The position numbers and the translations under genes were made by a program. From assembly GCA_949292905.1 (NCBI GenBank), contig CASFAV010000010.1, positions 69,920-133,919 of the forward strand: 64,000 bases of DNA. Direction: 5' to 3'. This document shows, one piece after another, positions 50,739 to 59,493 of the stretch. The DNA comes from an uncultured Eubacteriales bacterium. GTDB lineage: Bacteria > Bacillota > Clostridia > Christensenellales > DTU072. Below the pieces are notes generated by a model, which was not told where the DNA came from, searched no databases, and worked only from the letters and a program-made list of their open reading frames with translations. Numbering within the stretch: the first letter of the stretch is position 1; each line of letters starts with the position of its first letter.

Positions 50739-51867
50739 CATTATTCTTAATCAAAGTAAATACAACTCGGATTGGGAACCTAAAAAATTATTTGAGTTAG
50801 GAACTTTTTCGAGAGGGATTTCTAAACACAGACCTCGAAACGATAATATTTTATTTGTTGGAGGAGGATACCCTTTTATCCAAACAGGTGATATTCGTAA
50901 GGCGAACTTATTCATTACACATCATGAAGAAGAATATGGAGAGTTAGGACTAAAACAAAGTAAGCTTTGGCCTAAAGGGACATTATGCATCACTATTGCC
51001 GCTAATATTGCAGAAACGGCAATTTTGGCATATCCAATGTGTTTTCCTGATAGCGTTGTTGGTTTTATTGCTAACACTGAATATTCGTCTGAATTATTTA
51101 TGTATTACATTTTTGAATATATAAAATATACAATTAAGACCGCTGCCTCAGGAAGTGCTCAGGATAATATAAATATTGAGTATCTTTCCTCTATAAAGTT
51201 TAGAATTCCGAATAAAACTTATCAAGATAGAATTGTTTCGGTTTTATCTTTTTTGGATAAAAAAATATCGCTAAATAATTTAATAAACGATAATTTAATG
51301 CAAATGGCATCAACTGTGTATATGCACTATTTTTTCAAGCGTACACAAAATGGAAAGCTGGGCAGTGTCTTAGTAGAACATAAAAAGTCAACTATTCAAG
51401 TAGGTGAAGCACAAGAGGCAAGTGGCAATGTGCCTTTTTTCACGAGCGGGGATTCGATTTTGAAATGGGATAACGCTCTTGTTGATGGGAGGTGTTGTTA
51501 TTTAAACACCGGAGGCAATGCCGATGTCAAATTCTATGTTGGCAAAGCAGCTTATTCAACTGATACATGGTGTATATCAGGAAAGGATCAGCTTTCAGAT
51601 TATCTTTTTCTCTTGTTGAATGCTATTAAGCCTGAAATAGACAAAAAATTCTTTCAAGGAACTGGATTAAAACATCTTCAAAAGCCTTTACTGAAAGATC
51701 GGCCAATATATATTCCAACAATAGACGAACTGAGTGCATTTAATGCGCAAATAATGCCTATGATGACGAAAATCTCAGAGAATACAATAGAAAATCAGCA
51801 GTTAATACAATTGCGTGATTGGCTGCTTCCTATGCTTATGAATGGTCAAGCAACTGTTGCGGATTAA
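50731..51867 (+). CDS. hsdS: Type I R-M specificity subunit
   Basis: Two target-recognition halves separated by a conserved helical spacer (..VSVLSFLDKKISLNNLINDNLMQMA.. and ..IENQQLIQLRDWLLPMLMNGQ). 8-nt overlap with hsdM. Confidence 0.85.
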   Translation: MSDIILNQSKYNSDWEPKKLFELGTFSRGISKHRPRNDNILFVGGGYPFIQTGDIRKANLFITHHEEEYGELGLKQSKLWPKGTLCITIAANIAETAILAYPMCFPDSVVGFIANTEYSSELFMYYIFEYIKYTIKTAASGSAQDNINIEYLSSIKFRIPNKTYQDRIVSVLSFLDKKISLNNLINDNLMQMASTVYMHYFFKRTQNGKLGSVLVEHKKSTIQVGEAQEASGNVPFFTSGDSILKWDNALVDGRCCYLNTGGNADVKFYVGKAAYSTDTWCISGKDQLSDYLFLLLNAIKPEIDKKFFQGTGLKHLQKPLLKDRPIYIPTIDELSAFNAQIMPMMTKISENTIENQQLIQLRDWLLPMLMNGQATVAD

Positions 51868-51941
51868 GGTAAGAATATTTATAATAAAAGCATCAGCAAA
51901 ACAATTTATTATATATAAGTGATTAAACTTGTGGAGTGGAA

Positions 51942-53075
51942 ATGGATAATTCTGGTATAATTTCTCAATATGGATTTGAATATCAAAAATTAGCATTTTT
52001 ATATTGTGCTATTCAAATAAATAACACAGATATTATTACATATGAAGGACAAGATGATGTAGACATTGAAGAAGAAAAAACACTTTGGAAATTTCAAACA
52101 CTTAAATCGCTATGCCAAGTAAAAAGTGGAGACGTAACACTCCCCATTTTTAAGAAAATAATATTAAATTGGCTTCTTAAAATGGAGCAAGCTGAACGTT
52201 TTATTTGCATATCAGAAAACATAGTTTTGTTACCTGATGAGTCTTTTATAGAAACTTTCTCTAAAGAAATTATTGAAAGTAACAAGAAAAAAGATGCTTT
52301 AATTAGCAGGGTAAAAGTTAAATATTCGACGCAAAAAAGTACTGATGATTTAAAAGCTGATATAGGAAGATTATTATCAAAAGCAGAGTTTTTGTGTCTG
52401 AATGTTGACACATTAGTAGAAGAATCAATAAAAAAATTTGCTGATGTGTATTGCGCTGATTCTAAATCCGAAGTGATATTCAGGGAACGTTATTTAATGC
52501 TGTATGATAATATTCATAAAAATATTACTCAATCTATATTAAGAAAGGAAAAATATGTTTTACAGTACAGAGATCTTGTTAGAGAGATCTATGCCACTTT
52601 GGAAGCGATAAGCGATTCAAAATATGAGAAATCCTTCACTGAATTCAAGAAGAGATCTTTTTCTACAATGGCAAAAATTTTACACTCTCAATCAGATGCA
52701 GTTAAGCAATTAAAACTTGTATTCCCTCAAGACGAAAAATCAGTCTTACTGGGCTTAACTGAGCAGATGTTTTATGAGGATTTAAGACAACATTTTATCA
52801 GTATAAATATGCAAACAGAAATTAGAGAACTAGAAAATTTGGCAAAGTATAATTATGATAGAACATTGCAAGAGTTTGTAGGATATGGTACTACTCGTAC
52901 TCCATTTGCAACATATCAGAACACTATTGATAAGCCTTTATCAAAACCTTTACCTCCAGAAAATTCGCCAAACTTTCCTTATTATAGGCATGGTTGTTAT
53001 ATACATTTAACAGATACAGATATAGATGAGAATTTGAAAATTAAATGGGGAGAGATAGAAGATGAAACAAATTAA
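51942..53075 (+). CDS. lmuA: Lamassu effector LmuA, Cap4/DUF4297-type nuclease N-terminal domain
   Basis: N-terminal GFEYQ motif, then YEGQDDVDIEEE...CQVKSG (D..E/Q-x-K nuclease layout). Start moved to the ATG 5 nt after GGAG. Confidence 0.7.
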   Translation: MDNSGIISQYGFEYQKLAFLYCAIQINNTDIITYEGQDDVDIEEEKTLWKFQTLKSLCQVKSGDVTLPIFKKIILNWLLKMEQAERFICISENIVLLPDESFIETFSKEIIESNKKKDALISRVKVKYSTQKSTDDLKADIGRLLSKAEFLCLNVDTLVEESIKKFADVYCADSKSEVIFRERYLMLYDNIHKNITQSILRKEKYVLQYRDLVREIYATLEAISDSKYEKSFTEFKKRSFSTMAKILHSQSDAVKQLKLVFPQDEKSVLLGLTEQMFYEDLRQHFISINMQTEIRELENLAKYNYDRTLQEFVGYGTTRTPFATYQNTIDKPLSKPLPPENSPNFPYYRHGCYIHLTDTDIDENLKIKWGEIEDETN

Positions 53076-53484
53076 TTATTTAGATTATGCGCAATACAAT
53101 GAAATAATTTGTCGGCTGATTTATGAGTTCAATATATCTTCCCAAATAAAAGTTATTTTTATTGCTTTTTCCATTAAAAATAACTACCATAATTTAAAAT
53201 CTACAAACCAAAAATATGGTGCATTGGAAATAATCCTAGAGGGAATAAAATTGGGACTTAGGCAAGGCGTTTCTGATTTTACAATTATTTTTGATTGTTT
53301 AGACCTCTTAAAAAAGGGGGGATTTATTTGCGTAAAAAACGGTGTAATAGAACAATTGAAGCCAGCACCTAAGTATAGTAAAGAGCTTGATAGTTTGAAT
53401 GCGCAAATAATACAGAGAGCAATTAATGAAACGGAAAAGCTCAGTGATGATTCAATAATAAGAGGAGTTATAGAATATGTTTAA
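53062..53484 (+). CDS. lmuC: Lamassu middle component LmuC-like (140 aa)
   Basis: Small protein overlapping both neighbours (14 nt and 8 nt). Assignment rests on position between lmuA and lmuB. Confidence 0.5.
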   Translation: MKQINYLDYAQYNEIICRLIYEFNISSQIKVIFIAFSIKNNYHNLKSTNQKYGALEIILEGIKLGLRQGVSDFTIIFDCLDLLKKGGFICVKNGVIEQLKPAPKYSKELDSLNAQIIQRAINETEKLSDDSIIRGVIEYV

Positions 53485-55201
53485 AATTGATTATTTAAAA
53501 GTAAATTATGAGGATAAAACCATAGAACCATCTGTTTATGAGTTTGGAGATTCTGTATATATTTTTGGTCAAAATAACGTAGGAAAAACCATAATGCTGC
53601 AGGCAATAGATTATGTTCTTGGCAAAAGTGGCTTTGTTTTAGAGGATAGAGATGGGCTTGAGAATATTATTTCTCTTGAACTAAAACTTGTTAACGATGG
53701 TCGCACTCTGTTTATATGCAGATCAAAATATAATGATTTTGGATATAAATATTCAGAAGGCGATGCTGCATATTTAACCGTTGATGCTAATATGTATAAG
53801 CAAGAAATAACTTCATTTATCTTGGGAAAAAATTCCAATTATTTTGAAAATTTTAAAATCTATTTAGATGAAGACTTGTCGTTTCGTGCATTTGCTTTTA
53901 TTAACTTTTTGGATGAAAAGGGATTAGGAAATTTAACAAATATTTTCCCTCGCATTTCAACTTATTATAACCAAAAAAGAGCACGTAAACTTATGACATT
54001 TGTTTTTAATTATAAGAATGTCACCAAGCTTATTGAATTAATGAAAGAACAAACTGAACTAATTAAAACGTTGCAAACTCTTAGCGAGCAAAAGGCGACG
54101 TATAATTATTCATTAGCAGTAATTAGAAGAGAATTTAATGAGTTGCAGATACCTTTCAAAACAGAGGATTCGTTGCGAATCTTAAAAGAAGCTTTCGATT
54201 CATACAATAAGGATTTTTACAGAGATACAATCAAAAAAAGACATGCATCGAATGATTTAGGGGTGTTATTAAGGATTTCTTGTTCTTTATCAGAAGAGTT
54301 AAAATTTCAAGAAAATCTGTGGCAACAAACCAAGCTTTTGGACAGCCGAAACGTAAAATCTGATAAATTATTGACCGCTTTTAGAGAGTTGGCCTTGTTG
54401 GATGAGGATTATTCTGTGTATGTAGATGATATTGAAGCTTTAATTAAAAAACAGAAACTATCTCATGATATACTTTCTATAAAAGATTTTGAAAAAACTA
54501 TACGCGAAATTAAAGCCAAAAAAGCAGATATTGATCGGCAAATTGCTGCATGTCAAAAAGGATTAAACAAAGATTCATACGAAAACATACTTAAAGCAAT
54601 TGGAAGAATTGAACAGGCTTTTACCAATATCTCAAGTATACCCGATTTAAATGAGATTATGGTAATAGAAGAGCGTTTAAAACAAATTGAGGGAGAAATA
54701 AATAAGCTACGCAAAGATTTTGATAATACGCTAAAAACAGAATTTGACGAAACCATGCTAATGTTTTACAAAGAACTCGCTAAAGTTAAATTTGTATCAG
54801 AAGATCTTAATCAGAAGAATTTTAAGATTTTGTTTGATCCAATAAAGATTTCTGTTTGTGGCGAAAGATTAAAACCTAATTCGGAAAATATAATCGTGTC
54901 ATATATGCCGGGAAGTATGGCGCGTGAAACGACATGGCAAATTATTGCTTATCTAACAATGTTTAAACTTTTCAAAGAAAAATTTACTGAATTGCCATTA
55001 ATGCCTGTACTCTTTATTGACGGATTGGACCAGCCTTATGATGAGGAAAAAAATAGCTATCCTAATGTTTATAGTTTTATTCGAAATAAAGCGTTAGAAA
55101 TAGGAGTACAGTTATTTGTTGTTTCAACTCGTGATGGAAAGCCTATTGGAATTAAAGATCAATTGCATATTACAGGTTTTAATAAAACCTATAAGAGATA
55201 G
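53477..55201 (+). CDS. lmuB: Lamassu SMC/ABC-like ATPase LmuB (DUF3732-type)
   Basis: N-terminal Walker A GQNNVGKT followed by AIDYVLGKS, a long central coiled-coil-like region, and C-terminal Walker-B-like VLFIDGLDQPYD. Confidence 0.75.
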   Translation: MFKIDYLKVNYEDKTIEPSVYEFGDSVYIFGQNNVGKTIMLQAIDYVLGKSGFVLEDRDGLENIISLELKLVNDGRTLFICRSKYNDFGYKYSEGDAAYLTVDANMYKQEITSFILGKNSNYFENFKIYLDEDLSFRAFAFINFLDEKGLGNLTNIFPRISTYYNQKRARKLMTFVFNYKNVTKLIELMKEQTELIKTLQTLSEQKATYNYSLAVIRREFNELQIPFKTEDSLRILKEAFDSYNKDFYRDTIKKRHASNDLGVLLRISCSLSEELKFQENLWQQTKLLDSRNVKSDKLLTAFRELALLDEDYSVYVDDIEALIKKQKLSHDILSIKDFEKTIREIKAKKADIDRQIAACQKGLNKDSYENILKAIGRIEQAFTNISSIPDLNEIMVIEERLKQIEGEINKLRKDFDNTLKTEFDETMLMFYKELAKVKFVSEDLNQKNFKILFDPIKISVCGERLKPNSENIIVSYMPGSMARETTWQIIAYLTMFKLFKEKFTELPLMPVLFIDGLDQPYDEEKNSYPNVYSFIRNKALEIGVQLFVVSTRDGKPIGIKDQLHITGFNKTYKR

Positions 55202-55331
55202 AATAAAAAGATAAATATATGCTCAATTAATACATAATGGAAAAAAGGTAAGCGTCAAAAATCATGTGCTTATTATAGTTGAGTCCATATAATTATATTT
55301 TTCACTGTCTGTAAACTTGCACAGTCAGCCC

Positions 55332-55361
55332 TTGACTTCGGGGGCTGGCTTTTGCTATAAT
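55332..55361 (+). promoter_or_regulatory. Candidate sigma-70 promoter of the LexA-like repressor gene
   Basis: TTGACT, 18 nt spacer, TATAAT. The -35 is embedded in the terminator-like hairpin that follows lmuB. Confidence 0.5.
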
Positions 55362-55372
55362 ACGAATATGAT

Positions 55373-55393
55373 AACGAAACGCAATGTTTTGTT
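55373..55393 (+). promoter_or_regulatory. Candidate operator just downstream of the -10
   Basis: Imperfect palindrome AACGAAAC-GCAAT-GTTTTGTT (7 of 8 positions complementary). Confidence 0.3.
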
Positions 55394-55413
55394 TATGTGC
55401 CAGAGGTGATAAA

Positions 55414-56010
55414 ATGAGAGTGTTGAACTCGGATACGCTTGAAAAAGTGGCTCAGTATAATATTAATTATCAAAGGGAACACGGGAGAACACCGAGTTTC
55501 AGAGAAATCATGCACGCTCTTAACCTTGGCTCTCTTGCAACCGTTCAAAGATATGTGAGAGCGCTGCAAAAATCAGACCGTTTGGAGCTGACAAGCGCAG
55601 GGAATATTTCCCCCCTACCGCAACTTGACGGTGGAGCGAGGACGGTCGTACCGCTGATTGGTGAAATTGCTTGTGGCGAACCCATTTTTGCCGTTGAGAA
55701 TATCGAGGAAAGCTATGCTTTTCCGAAAGCGTTGTTCGGTGACGGGGAACTGTTTATGCTTCGGGCAAAAGGCAACAGCATGATAGATGCAGGGATAAAT
55801 AAAGGCGATCTGGTGGTATTACGCAGACAAACTACTGCCGATGACGGCGAAATAGTTGCTGCCCTGATAGACGGTGAAGCAACTCTTAAAAGGTTGTTCC
55901 ATCGTGACGGTAAAATTGTTCTCCACCCTGAAAATAAGCGGATGAAAGATATTGTTCTTGATAGTTGCGACGTTCAGGGTGTGTTGGTAAGCTGTATAAA
56001 AATGTATTGA
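55414..56010 (+). CDS. LexA-like S24-peptidase repressor (198 aa)
   Basis: N-terminal wHTH. VPLIGEIACGEP aligns with LexA LPLVGRVAAGEP. Catalytic Ser in KGNSM and Lys in ATLKRL. Start moved to the ATG after AGAGGTG. Confidence 0.85.
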   Translation: MRVLNSDTLEKVAQYNINYQREHGRTPSFREIMHALNLGSLATVQRYVRALQKSDRLELTSAGNISPLPQLDGGARTVVPLIGEIACGEPIFAVENIEESYAFPKALFGDGELFMLRAKGNSMIDAGINKGDLVVLRRQTTADDGEIVAALIDGEATLKRLFHRDGKIVLHPENKRMKDIVLDSCDVQGVLVSCIKMY

Positions 56011-56135
56011 AGGCGGAATCGCTTTGAATATGATTTGCAGAGATAAGTTTCTTCGGTGCCGGAGTTCTCGACCGCACATACGCAGAGCTTAAGTCCACTC
56101 CTCTGCAAGTTACGAGAAAGGAGGGTTTATGGGTT

Positions 56136-56330
56136 ATGCAAAACACATGGAAGCCGACGAAACGTCTGTGTACAAACTGCGGGCAAGCGATTATCGGGTA
56201 CAGGAACGATAAAGGATTGGTTAAGTTACAGTGTCCGAAATGCGGGCTTGTAATGGTAAGCAAAAGAATGAGCCGACGGCACGAGCGGATAGATATTACT
56301 CCTCCGCCGGGCGAATACATTGATAATTAA
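56136..56330 (+). CDS. Small four-Cys zinc-ribbon protein (64 aa)
   Basis: CTNCG...CPKCG pairs. AAGGAGGG RBS 10 nt upstream. Confidence 0.6.
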   Translation: MQNTWKPTKRLCTNCGQAIIGYRNDKGLVKLQCPKCGLVMVSKRMSRRHERIDITPPPGEYIDN

Positions 56331-56443
56331 ATACGGAATAACGACGTTTCAGGTCTGACGGTTGAAAAAGCACCGTGTAAATGTAAATCCTGTTACAGGT
56401 CATATTCTTAGAATAGTCGAAGGTTAGTCCGAGCGATCGAGAG

Positions 56444-56496
56444 GCCCCGACAGATAGATTTCCTTATAGCGGAAGTCTGTTTGTCGGGGCTTTTTT
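56444..56496 (+). terminator. Rho-independent terminator
   Basis: GCCCCGACA...TGTCGGGGC followed by TTTTTT. Confidence 0.6.
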
Positions 56497-56532
56497 ATTT
56501 GCTCAAAAAACTTTGAAAAAAAGTTAAAAAAA

Positions 56533-56566
56533 TTTTTTGAAGTCGCAAAAACCTTGCGAGTTCAAC
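56533..56566 (+). promoter_or_regulatory. Palindromic cis element 41 nt upstream of the HTH gene (partner at 42476..42510)
   Basis: AAGTCGCAAA-aacct-TGCGAGTTCAAC followed 3 nt later by TAAACT. Arms GAAGTCGCA / TGCGAGTTC are inverted repeats. Confidence 0.6.
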
Positions 56567-56607
56567 TTCTAAACTACAGGCAAGAAAGGCAAAGGAGGTG
56601 AAAATCG

Positions 56608-56949
56608 GTGAATGTCAACGAGAGGCGCAAAGCGATATTGGAAGTTCTTTGCGCTCGCCGGCACGAAACAAGAGAGAATCTTGCGTTCGAGTTCGGTGTA
56701 AGCAAACGCACAATTGAATATGACGTGCTGAGCCTCTCGTTGGAGTACCCGGTTTACACTTCGCAAGGAAACGGAGGCGGTATACACGTCGTGGACGGTT
56801 TCAAGCTCGATATGAAGTATCTGTCGGATAAGCAATGTGCTTTGCTTGAAAAATTGGCGGCAAATCTTTCGGGCGAAGACGCCGAGGTCATGGCTTCCAT
56901 CATCAAAACATTCGCTTTGCCGAAAAAACAGGAGGAAAAACCGATATGA
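56608..56949 (+). CDS. HTH-domain transcriptional regulator (113 aa)
   Basis: GTG start 7 nt after AAAGGAGGTG. RRKAILEVL....ETRENLAFEFGVSKRTIEYDV is a winged-helix/HTH_11-like N-terminus. Confidence 0.65.
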   Translation: MNVNERRKAILEVLCARRHETRENLAFEFGVSKRTIEYDVLSLSLEYPVYTSQGNGGGIHVVDGFKLDMKYLSDKQCALLEKLAANLSGEDAEVMASIIKTFALPKKQEEKPI

Positions 56950-57275
56950 CAATGAAGCAAATCCAGATAGACCTTCAAGAGATCCGTTACTACTATGCGC
57001 GTAAGGATATGTTCGACAAAGCGTGTGATTCCGTTGTAAAAAACACCATCGTCGAAAAGGTCGGTAAGTATAACGAGGTAATGCACGATGCCCCTCCGCG
57101 ATTGTACGCATTATACGTTGCTCTTTATACCGAAAACAACACGCAGATCGTCGTTGCGGATGACTGGGGAGTATCGGAAGGATACATTAAAAATCTGAAC
57201 AGAAAACTGCGGGATTACTTACTTGCGGTATTCAACAAAAATCATAAGGAGAGTGATAGCAATGACAACGTGTAA
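56946..57275 (+). CDS. Small sigma-70 region-4-like HTH protein (109 aa)
   Basis: ATGA overlap with the upstream gene. C-terminal ..VADDWGVSEGYIKNLNRKLRDYL.. resembles a region-4 HTH. Confidence 0.5.
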   Translation: MTMKQIQIDLQEIRYYYARKDMFDKACDSVVKNTIVEKVGKYNEVMHDAPPRLYALYVALYTENNTQIVVADDWGVSEGYIKNLNRKLRDYLLAVFNKNHKESDSNDNV

Positions 57276-57510
57276 ACAGAGTTTTGCAAAGGGCGCAACC
57301 AATGTCTACAGGACGGAGAACTATATCGTCAAGCAGGTTTTCGGGATTCAACTCGACAACAAACTCGGCAACGTGACGATGAGTTACGACACCTATTATC
57401 TTCGTACTCCGGAATTGGATGCAATCTACGAGTATATGTTTTCCGACAGAAAAAACATTGACGGAAAGCGACTCCATACCACGATGTATGTTCGTACCTA
57501 CATCGAATGA
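57262..57510 (+). CDS. Hypothetical protein (82 aa)
   Basis: ATG 9 nt after AAGGAG. Overlaps the upstream gene by 14 nt. Confidence 0.45.
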   Translation: MTTCKQSFAKGATNVYRTENYIVKQVFGIQLDNKLGNVTMSYDTYYLRTPELDAIYEYMFSDRKNIDGKRLHTTMYVRTYIE

Positions 57511-57703
57511 ACCGGAGTAACCGAACGCAGTGAAATTGAGGCGAAATCTATGCGGTACTTCGAAGGATAAGAGTGGCCACTCACCGCAAGAAAATCGCAT
57601 AGGACAGCGGTCCAAGTGTAAGCGTTCGTTACCATATACAACTTAATAGCTGTGCTAACGGCAGGACGGGCAAAAAAATTACAAATTACAGGAGGATTTT
57701 ACT

Positions 57704-57967
57704 GTGGCAGAAAAAAGCAGTAAGTACAACAAACGTCGTTGGTCCGTGCCCTCGAAAAGAGCAAAGGGATATGCGGCAGACAGAAAAGCAAAGGTACATA
57801 CCTACGGACCTAAGGAAGGCAAGGAACTGACCGACTACGAAGCCGGTATGCGTTCGGGTTATTTGCAGTGCCAGACCGACCACGCAGGTATCTACAAGTA
57901 CAAGAAAGCAATTTCCGAAGGAAAGAGCAAGGCAGAAGCGAAAGCCATTTCGCAGAAAAAAGGATAA
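57704..57967 (+). CDS. Small Lys-rich basic protein (87 aa)
   Basis: GTG start after AGGAGG. K/R-rich throughout. Confidence 0.5.
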   Translation: MAEKSSKYNKRRWSVPSKRAKGYAADRKAKVHTYGPKEGKELTDYEAGMRSGYLQCQTDHAGIYKYKKAISEGKSKAEAKAISQKKG

Positions 57968-57985
57968 ACAGGAGGATTTCAGATA

Positions 57986-58342
57986 ATGGCAAAGAACAAC
58001 CAAAACAATCAGATTTTCGTCGAAAGAGAGACGTTTGAGAAGAACGGCAGAACTTTCTTCTCGTACTTTATCAAAGGCAATATCCGCGGCAAGGACGTCA
58101 AGGTAGCCGTCGTTCCGCCCGACAAAGGCGGCTATACCGTACTCGACATCGTGTTCGGCGATCAGATGGCAGCCGAGCTCGTCGCAAAGCCTTTCGAGAT
58201 CAAGGACGAAGCGACCGGTAAAATCATTGCCGGCAACACCTATTCCGTGCAGACCGTGGACGAGGACGGCGAAATCTACGAATGTGCCGTCAAGCCTTAC
58301 AGAAGCTCGGATAAATCGCTTCTCAACATGCTTTTGAGGTAA
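57986..58342 (+). CDS. Hypothetical 118-aa soluble protein (beta-rich; possible OB-like DNA-binding protein)
   Basis: AGGAGG RBS. No motif recognised; the functional guess is weak. Confidence 0.55.
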   Translation: MAKNNQNNQIFVERETFEKNGRTFFSYFIKGNIRGKDVKVAVVPPDKGGYTVLDIVFGDQMAAELVAKPFEIKDEATGKIIAGNTYSVQTVDEDGEIYECAVKPYRSSDKSLLNMLLR

Positions 58343-58413
58343 AGAAGCAATTTGTTTCAGCTGCGGCTTGTTGGTTATAGCCGCAGTTGAAAACTACAAT
58401 TCAGGAGGTAAAA

Positions 58414-59469
58414 ATGTATAACGAACTTAATAAACACAAAAAATCAGATTCTATCAAATGGGTAACCGTATTCGTCGCTATAGTTCTCCTTTTCGCGGGA
58501 GTTGTTGCGGCGCTTGTTCCTGTTTACGGACAGAAAACCGATAAAGAAACAGATACTACCGAAGCCTTGGCGGCAGAAGATTTCAGTATAGAAATGATTT
58601 CTTCGGAAGGCATAAGGCTTGCAAGCGGACCTATGATGGCGAGTGCCGGAGGGCAGAGCGTAAGTAAAACCTTAACGGCGTCCGTTACTCCTTCGTCTGC
58701 CCAGAACAAAGCGGTTGACTGGAGCGTGAAGTGGGCTGAATCCGGCAAGAGCGAAGCTGTCAGCGAATACGTGACCGTAACGCCTCAGTCCGACGGAGCG
58801 CTTACCGCAACGGTGACCTGTTATAAGGCGTTTGAGGGAGAGATACTCGTAACCGTCACAACCCGTGAAGGCGGACTTAAAGCGGAATGTATAGTTACTT
58901 TCATAGGCATACCGTCCTCACTTTCTATAAACGGCAGTAACGCTCAAAGCAATGCTAATATCGGCAGTTATTACAAAATCGGAGCAGGAAACGATTACTC
59001 TTTCAATATTGTGCCTTCCAACGTATTCGGTCAGGTAGGAGCGGAATGTAATTACAAGGTAACGGTTAAAGGGGTAGGTGAGATAGCCACGCAGATGTGG
59101 TCGGTCACATATAATTCCTGGAACGGTTCTCTTATCGACGACTCCGACGAAGTTATTGTCGATATAAGTACGATTACGCAGATAAACAGCGAAACGCCCG
59201 GGTTTTTCTTCGATTGCAGCATAAGCGGAAGCACGCTTACCATTCACGGCAATTCTTCTCTTGAAAGCTATTACGGCGGCACGCATGTGGGAAGCGATCC
59301 TCGTTCGGGAACTTTTCAGGATAATAAATTCAAGCATTACGTCGATGATAACTGGTACTTCGAGGTGAAAGTTACCGAAACGAACAGCGGAATATCGAAT
59401 ACTATCAAAGTACGTCCCTATCTTACCGTAAATAATGTATCCTTGAGCGCCAACAATATCTCTTTTTAA
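58414..59469 (+). CDS. N-terminally membrane-anchored protein with Ig-like (Big_2-type) ectodomain
   Basis: Start moved to the ATG after AGGAGG. TM segment WVTVFVAIVLLFAGVVAALV. The segment TLTASVTPSSAQNKAVDWSV...ECIVTF is Big_2-like. Confidence 0.6.
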   Translation: MYNELNKHKKSDSIKWVTVFVAIVLLFAGVVAALVPVYGQKTDKETDTTEALAAEDFSIEMISSEGIRLASGPMMASAGGQSVSKTLTASVTPSSAQNKAVDWSVKWAESGKSEAVSEYVTVTPQSDGALTATVTCYKAFEGEILVTVTTREGGLKAECIVTFIGIPSSLSINGSNAQSNANIGSYYKIGAGNDYSFNIVPSNVFGQVGAECNYKVTVKGVGEIATQMWSVTYNSWNGSLIDDSDEVIVDISTITQINSETPGFFFDCSISGSTLTIHGNSSLESYYGGTHVGSDPRSGTFQDNKFKHYVDDNWYFEVKVTETNSGISNTIKVRPYLTVNNVSLSANNISF

Positions 59470-59493
59470 CAGAAGAGTTAAAGGAGGTGCGAT

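Noticed and set aside
55200-55414. Canonical Firmicute LexA (Cheo) box GAAC-N4-GTTC upstream of the LexA-like gene
   Set aside because: No match was found by eye. Only a different imperfect palindrome (55373-55393) is present, so no SOS-box claim is made.
42476-56566. The two palindromic elements as inverted-repeat boundaries of a recombinase-invertible 14-kb segment
   Set aside because: Each copy is itself a palindrome and sits at the same promoter-proximal offset (40/41 nt) from a start codon. This fits an operator better than a crossover site. Not formally excluded.
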